From positions 1-12,027 of the IMG/VR virus record IMGVR_UViG_3300000293_000096: a stretch of DNA of 12,027 nucleotides, one strand, 5' to 3'. The position numbers were made by a program, and so were the translations under genes. Within the stretch, counting starts at the first letter, position 1. Each line of letters starts with the position of its first letter. The notes beneath the pieces are model-generated. The model was given only the letters and a program-made list of their open reading frames with translations. It made no database searches and was not told the DNA's origin. This stretch comes from a virus. Shown here in pieces: positions 5,710-11,989 of this stretch.

Positions 5710-7836
5710 ATGAAATTAAATGAAAACGTTTATGGAACGCCTACAGAAATTGAATTCCATGGTATGCCGATTAAAGTGGTAGGCAATGGCACTTTAAAAG
5801 ATTTAATTAATACCAATAAAATACAATTAAATAAAGAGTTCGACCAATCTATTATATACGCAGTTACTAACAATTCAGCATTAACAAATTATGCCGTACC
5901 ATACGGGAATAGCGTATTAAGACCAAAAATACAAAAATTTACAGCTACTAGCCCCATGGGATTAATAATGTGCTATGGTGGACTAACATCATCAATAGCA
6001 TTGGATTTTATGTACACTGATTATACTGCTCGTAATAATCCTTTTTTACCATATTTATCTATTGGCTATGGTGTAACATCATACGGAAATAACCCATACG
6101 GCGACGGCAATTATACACTTGTAAACCCTCATTTCGTTACTGGATATAAATGGACGGAAGTAAGGTGGTATATCACATTATATGTGACAAACATTTTAGC
6201 AATTACCAATTATAATGCGTTTGACCGCTGGAGTTTTAGAAGAGTATCATTGCAGGACTACAAAGATAATGTCGATAATGTTGCCACCAAAAACCCGCAC
6301 GTTGTCGGTGCAGATATTACACCAGTGCAACATTATATCGGTGGAACATATGAACCTGAATTTTGTCCTACATTCTATACGACTATTAATACATCATCAA
6401 ATAAAATCACCAATGACTATGCAAAAGATGTAAAAAATGATACATTTTATGTAAACCAAAACAGAAAACATTTTTTACTGGGGGCGGATTATCCGGGGCA
6501 ACACACGGCATCATTGCCTATGTATTTTGGAATTGATGATAAACTATTTGAAATGCACTCACATATTTTCAAAGAAGGTAATGACACATTTCAAACATAT
6601 GTGCCACTTTTAAAAGGCAGTCTTGACGATTTAATTAAAACATTTTGTTATTTAGGTATACCAATATCGACCAATCTTCAACACGCCCGAGATGATGATT
6701 TTGATAGTGAATATATTTATACTATGGGTATAAATGACAGCGGACTAACTGACGGAGATTTAAAAAACGGCAGTGATAACAATACAGTACCGCAAATTGA
6801 TTACGCCGATGATATTCTAACTAATAATAATTTTGGTGGTATTGACAGAGTAGACCCAAACAATTATACTGACAAAATAGACCTAAACAAGCCGACACTA
6901 TCAAATGTAAATGTATTTAACCGCAGTTTTGCCGTAACGTCAAATAACGTCAGACAGCTTGCCGATTTTCTTTGGAACGCAGACGAAACAAAATTTAATG
7001 AAATTGTAAAAGGTTTAGCTTTAATGGGTGAAAACCCCATGAACGGCATTATCGACCTGAGGTTATTTCCGTTTGACGTTGCATTAAAAAATTCAGCGAC
7101 AAATGCAGAGCATATTGTTATCGGTAGGACAAATACAGGCGTAAACGGAATAAAATTGACTGAAAATGTAAACAGCTTAATTGATTTAGGTGAATGTACA
7201 TTTTTTGAAAAATTCAAAAATTTTCTAGATTTTGAACCATACACAACAGCTCAATTATATATCCCATATATCGGAGTTGTACCAGTGTCTACGGCTGAAT
7301 TTATGGGGCATAAAATTTCCGCAAAAATGCTAGTTGACTATACGACAGGGGCAGGAACAGCAATTGTTTTTAAAGACGATATCCCATTCATTTACAAAAA
7401 TGGTGTTGTAGGTATAACAATTCCAATGACAGGGACGGACAGTGCAAGTTATGCTAATACAGTTGTGGGCAATGTTGTAAATGGTGCTATCGGTGGTATA
7501 TCTTCAATCGCTAGTAATAATATGGGTGGATTAATTGACAGTACAAAACAACTTTACAGTGGTTTTGCAACAGGGACTAATTATCAAGAAGCGAGTGCAA
7601 GTTCTCCGTCGGTTGCAACGTGGCAACCACAAAAATGTTATTTCATTATTGACAGACCTATTTTAAATGTACCAGATAATTATGGGCGTACTGTAGGCTA
7701 TGCTTGTGAAGTAACAGGAAAACTATCTGATTTTAAGGGCTTTACAGTTGTTAGCAATCCTGAAATTAATTTCAGATGTACAGACAGCGAAAGACAATAT
7801 ATAGTAAATATGTTACAAGGCGGTGTATTTGTATAA
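5710..7836 (+). CDS. Tail knob / distal tail tube protein (phi29 gp9-like C-terminal two-fifths; N-terminal part unassigned)
   Basis: SD GGGGGA (5699-5704), 708 aa. FEPYTTAQLYIPYIGVVPVSTAEFMGHKISAKMLVDYTTGAG resembles the gp9 [24 protein letters not shown]...KLKIQVRGSLG segment. The Gly/Ser/Ala-rich hydrophobic loop GNVVNGAIGGISSIASNNMGGLI resembles the gp9 membrane-active loop GMIGGGISAGASAAGGSALGM. The C-terminal KCYFIIDRPILNVPDNYGRTVGYACEV...DSERQYIVNMLQGGVFV resembles VYVIKKQLKAEY...FHKYGYKIN...DLQEIRTIFDNGITLW. Confidence 0.7.
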   Translation: MKLNENVYGTPTEIEFHGMPIKVVGNGTLKDLINTNKIQLNKEFDQSIIYAVTNNSALTNYAVPYGNSVLRPKIQKFTATSPMGLIMCYGGLTSSIALDFMYTDYTARNNPFLPYLSIGYGVTSYGNNPYGDGNYTLVNPHFVTGYKWTEVRWYITLYVTNILAITNYNAFDRWSFRRVSLQDYKDNVDNVATKNPHVVGADITPVQHYIGGTYEPEFCPTFYTTINTSSNKITNDYAKDVKNDTFYVNQNRKHFLLGADYPGQHTASLPMYFGIDDKLFEMHSHIFKEGNDTFQTYVPLLKGSLDDLIKTFCYLGIPISTNLQHARDDDFDSEYIYTMGINDSGLTDGDLKNGSDNNTVPQIDYADDILTNNNFGGIDRVDPNNYTDKIDLNKPTLSNVNVFNRSFAVTSNNVRQLADFLWNADETKFNEIVKGLALMGENPMNGIIDLRLFPFDVALKNSATNAEHIVIGRTNTGVNGIKLTENVNSLIDLGECTFFEKFKNFLDFEPYTTAQLYIPYIGVVPVSTAEFMGHKISAKMLVDYTTGAGTAIVFKDDIPFIYKNGVVGITIPMTGTDSASYANTVVGNVVNGAIGGISSIASNNMGGLIDSTKQLYSGFATGTNYQEASASSPSVATWQPQKCYFIIDRPILNVPDNYGRTVGYACEVTGKLSDFKGFTVVSNPEINFRCTDSERQYIVNMLQGGVFV
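7612..7627. repeat. Palindrome copy 5, variant GTTGCAACGTGGCAAC (reverse complement of the copy 2/4 variant), inside the tail-knob CDS
   Basis: In frame with CDS 5710-7836. GTT GCA ACG TGG CAA CCA encodes V-A-T-W-Q-P. It lies 208 nt upstream of the next start (7836). Confidence 0.8.
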
Positions 7837-8384
7837 TGAATGAACATTTTGCAAGCGGTTTAACAAATGAACAGTTAAAAGCTGAAATTTTAAGACAAGG
7901 GCGTAAAGCAAATTTACGCCTCAGTCAATTGAAAAAAAGTGGAATGTATAACAAAAACCCTATAATTTCTAGTAAATGGAATACTTTTTTACATGAAAGT
8001 AAGTTTTCAACAAAAAAGAATTTTTTCAAAACAGGTAGTAAAGGCGAAACAAGAACAGAATTGCTAAAACACTATGTGCAGATTAGACAGTTTTTAGGGC
8101 AAAAAACAACAGTAAAAGAAACAAAATCTATTATGTCAAAACACGCAAAACGTTTAAATATTTCTGAAGAAAATGTTGAAAGAGTTTTAACGATTTTCGG
8201 AAATAGTGGCATTGCTGGCAATTTACCTAACAGCGATTTTGTACAGCAATTTATTGCTGAAATGATTGAAAGTGGTTTTAATGATAATGAAATAAATTCA
8301 TTATTGAATACCCTTGAAAATTCAGCGAAAACACAAAATGAAATGTATGATTTAATGCGTGAACAAATGCAAATGTTAGAATAG
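7836..8384 (+). CDS. Candidate terminal protein (TP) for protein-primed replication; otherwise hypothetical
   Basis: The ATG at 7836 overlaps the tail-knob stop (TAATG); 182 aa. It lies immediately upstream of the PolB gene on the same strand, as gene 3 precedes gene 2 in phi29. The basic N-terminus LKAEILRQGRKANLRLSQLKKSGMYN resembles phi29 TP KAEYARLVKNTKAKIARTKKKYGVD, and the C-terminal region is helical and acidic. It is shorter than known TPs (about 230-270 aa). No priming residue is assignable by eye. Confidence 0.35.
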   Translation: MNEHFASGLTNEQLKAEILRQGRKANLRLSQLKKSGMYNKNPIISSKWNTFLHESKFSTKKNFFKTGSKGETRTELLKHYVQIRQFLGQKTTVKETKSIMSKHAKRLNISEENVERVLTIFGNSGIAGNLPNSDFVQQFIAEMIESGFNDNEINSLLNTLENSAKTQNEMYDLMREQMQMLE

Positions 8385-8399
8385 TTGCAACGTTGCAAC
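8384..8399. promoter_or_regulatory. Palindrome copy 6 (exact; extended to a 22-bp palindrome at 8381-8402), 24 nt upstream of the polymerase start
   Basis: ATAGTTGCAACGTTGCAACTAT is a perfect 22-bp palindrome. Its first G is the last base of the TAG stop (8382-8384) of the preceding gene. It is followed by TTTTC, SD GGGAG (8411-8415) and the TTG start at 8424. Confidence 0.9.
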
Positions 8400-8423
8400 T
8401 ATTTTCAAAAGGGAGTGTAATAG

Positions 8424-10562
8424 TTGATAAATGTAAATGATTTTGATTTTGATATTCTAAAAAATAGTAATTTACAAACAGTTACAACCCGAACGAAAGA
8501 TAATAAATATATTGAATATTACAACGCCCCATTTGCATTTGACATTGAAACAAGTTCCTTTTATGACGGAGAAAATAAAAGAGCGTGTATGTATATTTTT
8601 ATGTTTGCATTAAACGGAAATTATGTGTACGGCAGAACATGGAAAGATTTTGACTTTACATTGAATAAATTAAAAGAAGTATTACAATTAAATGAATACA
8701 GAAGAATTATAATATATATTCACAATTTAGGCTATGAATTTCAATTTTTAATCGGTCATGAACGCTTTAAAGACGTTTTCGCAAGAAACGCACGTCACCC
8801 TATTAAATGCACTATGAATGAATGTTTTGAATTAAAATGTAGTTTAATGCTCAGCGGTATGAGTTTAGCTAAAACAGCGGAAGACTTGACAAGCGTAAAA
8901 ATACAAAAACTAACAGGGGATTTGAATTATAAACTTTTAAGAACATGGAAAACAACACTAACAAAAGAAGAATTAGCATATTGTGAGCATGACGTTAAAA
9001 TTTTACATTATTTTATACTTGAAGAAATGACAAAAAATGATAATGATATAACAAAAATACCATTAACTAAAACAGGGTATGTTAGAAAATATTGCCAAAA
9101 CTACATTAAGAAACACACATATTATCCAAAATATAGAGAAAAAATAAAAAAGATAGCCCCAGTTGATAAAGATTTATTTTGTTTATTGCATAAAAGTTTT
9201 ATGGGAGGTTATACCCACGCAAACTATATGTATGTAGGAATGATAATGGAAAATGTTGCTAGTATTGATTTTACAAGTTCATATCCCTCCGTTATGATTA
9301 GAAAAAAGTACCCTATGCAACCATTTACAAAAGTTCACATAAAAGATTTAAAAGATTTTAGATACTGTATTAAAAATTATCCTTGCGTTTTTGAAGTGGA
9401 ATTAACTAACGTTATTGCTAAAAAATGTAATCACATCTTATCAAGGTCAAAATGTTCTGTATGTGATAATGCGGTTGTTGATAATGGCAGAATTGTATCG
9501 GCAGATAGAATATTTACATATTTTACAGATATCGACTTTAAAGACTTTGAGCAATTTTATTCTTATGAGCATTTGTCAATCGGTAAATTTTATACGTCTA
9601 GTTATGGTTATTTGCCTAAACAAATTATAGAATGTGCGTTAAAATTTTACAATGATAAAACAACACTAAAAGGCGTAAAAGGCAAGGAAGTTGAATATTT
9701 AGTCGGTAAAGGTATGTTGAATAGTTTATTCGGAATGTGCGTAACTAATCCAGTCAACGACAATATTATTTTTGACGGAAAAGAATGGAACACGGAAAGA
9801 AAAGATATAACGGAAGCGTTACAAGAAAATTACATAAAGAATAAAAAACAAGTGCTAGTATATCAATGGGGGGTATGGATTACGGCATGGGCAAGACATG
9901 AACTTTTTAAGGGTATTTTGGAAATTGATGAAGATGTTATTTATTGTGATACAGATAGTATAAAATTCTTAAACTATGAAAATTATAAAAACTGGATAAA
10001 TGAATATAATAAAAATTGTATTGATGAGATAAACAAAGCATTAAGCTATTATGAAATTGATTTGAATTTAGCTAAACCTAAAACAATTAAAGGTATTGAA
10101 AAACCTTTAGGAGTATGGGACTTTGAAGGAATTTACACAAGGTTTAAGACGTTAGGTGCAAAACGTTATGCGTATGAGCAAAACGGAAAATTTAATATTA
10201 CTGTTTCGGGACTAAATAAAAAGTGTGCTGTCCCGTATATAGTTGCAACGTTGCAACCGTTTGAATTTTTTGACAATGAAATGTATATTCCGAAAGAGTA
10301 TACAGGCAAAAATACATTGACGTATATTAATGAACCTTACAAAATTATGGTAAAAGACTATCAAGGAAATTATGCAGAAGTGGCGGAAAATAGTTACATA
10401 CATATGGAAGAGCAAGACTACAATATGAGTTTGTCGGAACAGTTTATATATTATTTAATGTGTGGTACAAATTTCGGTAGCGGTGCGAAAGAGCATACAT
10501 TATTTGAAAAAAGTCAAGAATTGGCTACAAATTTCTGGGAGTGTGATTTTAATGAAAAGTGA
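8424..10562 (+). CDS. Protein-primed family-B DNA polymerase (phi29 gp2-like)
   Basis: TTG start at 8424 with SD GGGAG and an 8-nt spacer. There is no in-frame ATG upstream of the ExoI motif. Motifs: ExoI FDIETS; ExoII HNLGYEFQF; ExoIII YCEHDVKIL; motif A DFTSSYPS; motif B KGMLNSLFGM; motif C YCDTDSI (identical to phi29); KxY LGAKRYAY. 712 aa, with room for TPR1/TPR2-type insertions. Confidence 0.95.
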   Translation: MINVNDFDFDILKNSNLQTVTTRTKDNKYIEYYNAPFAFDIETSSFYDGENKRACMYIFMFALNGNYVYGRTWKDFDFTLNKLKEVLQLNEYRRIIIYIHNLGYEFQFLIGHERFKDVFARNARHPIKCTMNECFELKCSLMLSGMSLAKTAEDLTSVKIQKLTGDLNYKLLRTWKTTLTKEELAYCEHDVKILHYFILEEMTKNDNDITKIPLTKTGYVRKYCQNYIKKHTYYPKYREKIKKIAPVDKDLFCLLHKSFMGGYTHANYMYVGMIMENVASIDFTSSYPSVMIRKKYPMQPFTKVHIKDLKDFRYCIKNYPCVFEVELTNVIAKKCNHILSRSKCSVCDNAVVDNGRIVSADRIFTYFTDIDFKDFEQFYSYEHLSIGKFYTSSYGYLPKQIIECALKFYNDKTTLKGVKGKEVEYLVGKGMLNSLFGMCVTNPVNDNIIFDGKEWNTERKDITEALQENYIKNKKQVLVYQWGVWITAWARHELFKGILEIDEDVIYCDTDSIKFLNYENYKNWINEYNKNCIDEINKALSYYEIDLNLAKPKTIKGIEKPLGVWDFEGIYTRFKTLGAKRYAYEQNGKFNITVSGLNKKCAVPYIVATLQPFEFFDNEMYIPKEYTGKNTLTYINEPYKIMVKDYQGNYAEVAENSYIHMEEQDYNMSLSEQFIYYLMCGTNFGSGAKEHTLFEKSQELATNFWECDFNEK
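10242..10257. repeat. Palindrome copy 7 (exact), inside the DNA polymerase CDS
   Basis: In frame with CDS 8424-10562. GTT GCA ACG TTG CAA CCG encodes V-A-T-L-Q-P, just after the KxY motif region. It lies 294 nt upstream of the ATPase start (10552). Confidence 0.85.
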
Positions 10563-11643
10563 ATACTATTCGCTTAAAAAGATTAATAAGTTAAATGCTC
10601 TATACAATTTGATTATAGGTCAACGTTCAAACGGAAAGACTTATGCAGTGTGTGAGCAGGAAATAAGGGGGTATTTTAAAGAGGGCTTTAAGCTTGCATA
10701 TTTAAGACGTTATGACGAGGAAATTATGCCTAAAAATATACAAAACTTATTTAAACCTCATTCAGCTTTAATTGAAAAATTATCTAATGGGCAATTTAAT
10801 AGCACTGTATACAAGAATAGAGAATTTTATCTATATAATACAAATACAGAGGAAAAAAGTGAAGAAAGTTTTTGCAAGTGTTTTTCTCTAAATGCGTGGG
10901 AACGTACAAAAGGTGCAGACAATGGTTACTTTAAATATATATTATTTGATGAATTTATGACACGTTCATTTTACCTTAATAATGAATTTGTTACATTCAC
11001 TAACTTATTGTCATCTATAATTCGTGATAGAGATGATACAGTTATTTACATGATAGCTAATACTGTCAATCAATATTGCCCATATTTTGCGGAGATGGGA
11101 TTAGGTAAAATTTCAGATATTAAACAGGGTGACTTGAAATTATTTACATACGGAGATAGCGAATTAACACTAGCGTTAGAATACTCAGACAGTAAAGGAC
11201 AAACTGGAAAAGTTAGTAAATATTTTGCGTTTGATAATCCCCAGTTAAAAATGATAACTACAGGTCAATGGGAAATAAAAAACTATCCTCACGCCCCTTT
11301 TAAAATTAAAAAAGAAGATATTGTATACAGGGCTTATATATTTTTTGATAATGATATTATTGCTTGCAATATTGTACATTATAACAATAGTGTATTTCTA
11401 TTTTTTAACATTCAAACAAAAACCGAACACCTTGATTTAAAAAAGAGAGTTGTATACAGTTTTGAAACAGACACTAATCCTTTACACGTTCAATCACTAG
11501 CGGAACAGCCTACAGATGTACATAAACTTATTAATAATTTAATAACATTTAATCGTGTGTTTTATTCAGATAATTCAGTGGGTGAAATTGTTAGAAATTG
11601 GATAAATGCACAAAGCAAACACGCTATTAGTATAAGGGCATAA
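10552..11643 (+). CDS. DNA encapsidation (packaging) ATPase (phi29 gp16-like)
   Basis: I prefer ATG 10552 (SD GGGAG at 10537-10541), which overlaps the polymerase end by 11 nt, over the track's 10462; 363 aa. Walker A is LIIGQRSNGKTYA (phi29 FVIGARGIGKSYA), followed by AYLRRY (phi29 IYVRRY). Walker B is YILFDEF (phi29 TIVFDEF). IYMIANTVNQYCPYF parallels CICLSNAVSVVNPYF. Confidence 0.9.
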   Translation: MKSEYYSLKKINKLNALYNLIIGQRSNGKTYAVCEQEIRGYFKEGFKLAYLRRYDEEIMPKNIQNLFKPHSALIEKLSNGQFNSTVYKNREFYLYNTNTEEKSEESFCKCFSLNAWERTKGADNGYFKYILFDEFMTRSFYLNNEFVTFTNLLSSIIRDRDDTVIYMIANTVNQYCPYFAEMGLGKISDIKQGDLKLFTYGDSELTLALEYSDSKGQTGKVSKYFAFDNPQLKMITTGQWEIKNYPHAPFKIKKEDIVYRAYIFFDNDIIACNIVHYNNSVFLFFNIQTKTEHLDLKKRVVYSFETDTNPLHVQSLAEQPTDVHKLINNLITFNRVFYSDNSVGEIVRNWINAQSKHAISIRA

Positions 11644-11647
11644 AAAT

Positions 11648-11682
11648 ATCCCCATGAGTTTTTTCTCATGGGGATTTGTTTT
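11648..11682. terminator. Bidirectional Rho-independent terminator between convergent genes
   Basis: ATCCCCATGAG (11648-11658) pairs perfectly with CTCATGGGGAT (11665-11675), with loop TTTTTT. TTGTTTT follows on the + strand. A-rich sequence (TAAAAAT) precedes the stem, which gives a T-run for the - strand. It starts 5 nt after the ATPase stop and abuts the stop of the - strand gene. Confidence 0.85.
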
Positions 11683-11959
11683 ATATAACGTATTCTCTTA
11701 ATACGGCTTGTATATTTGTCATTGTAGGTTCACAATTCATTCCATAAACATCTATTAGTAAATCACTTATATCATCATATCTTAAATAACCATTTGGCAT
11801 ACGCTCTTGATTATTAAAATACCATTTAACAGATACACACTCAACGACATTCATTATATTGTCGAATATAATCATAATAGGCTCATATAGATTTTTATAT
11901 TTGTTATATCTACCTACAGCCTTTTTAATTCCTTTAATCTCAGTACCATTAATTTTCAT
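11681..11959 (-). CDS. Hypothetical protein; the only minus-strand gene, read inward from the right ITR
   Basis: I prefer the ATG at 11959 (MKINGTEIKG..., SD-like GAAAGGA upstream) over the track's TTG at 11980 inside the palindrome; 92 aa. No motif recognised. It ends at the bidirectional terminator. Confidence 0.65.
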   Translation of the reverse strand: MKINGTEIKGIKKAVGRYNKYKNLYEPIMIIFDNIMNVVECVSVKWYFNNQERMPNGYLRYDDISDLLIDVYGMNCEPTMTNIQAVLREYVI

Positions 11960-11973
11960 AATTTTTCCTTTCT

Positions 11974-11989
11974 GTTGCAACGTTGCAAC
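11974..11989. promoter_or_regulatory. Palindrome copy 8 (exact), inner edge of right ITR, 14 nt upstream of the minus-strand gene start
   Basis: Exact GTTGCAACGTTGCAAC. On the - strand it is followed by AGAAAGGAAAAATT and then the ATG at 11959. Confidence 0.9.

Noticed and set aside
5695-5715. Programmed ribosomal frameshift joining 5216-5707 to 5710-7836
   Set aside because: There is no canonical slippery heptamer or downstream structure. The GGGGGA run is well placed as an SD for the ATG at 5710, so two separate ORFs is the simpler reading. A sequencing error cannot be excluded.
6215-6433. 72-aa + strand ORF in an alternative frame inside the tail-knob gene; likewise 9415-9630 inside the polymerase gene
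   Set aside because: Both are embedded out of frame in long CDSs that have strong family motifs, have no SD, and have no features of their own.
1936-10415. Minus-strand ORFs from the track (1936-2139, 2324-2656, 2741-3019, 2826-3068, 3354-3560, 4363-4593, 4910-5266, 6864-7244, 8072-8398, 10212-10415)
   Set aside because: All lie antisense within + strand genes that have recognisable homology or motifs. They lack SD sequences and have low-complexity hydrophobic translations typical of shadow frames in AT-rich DNA.
39-11989. The repeated 16-mer read as a CRISPR array or as ordinary dispersed repeats
   Set aside because: The copies are 0.8-2.4 kb apart and separated by genes rather than short spacers. 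The unit is a perfect palindrome and no cas genes are present.
39-11989. The palindrome read as a promoter -35 box: TTGCAA as sigma-A -35, or TGCAAC as an ECF-sigma (sigma-M/X/W-like AAC) -35
   Set aside because: At the correct spacing (16-18 nt) downstream there is no TATAAT-like or CGT-type -10 at any copy. In five copies the SD and start codon already occupy that space. A non-canonical promoter role is not excluded (see findings).
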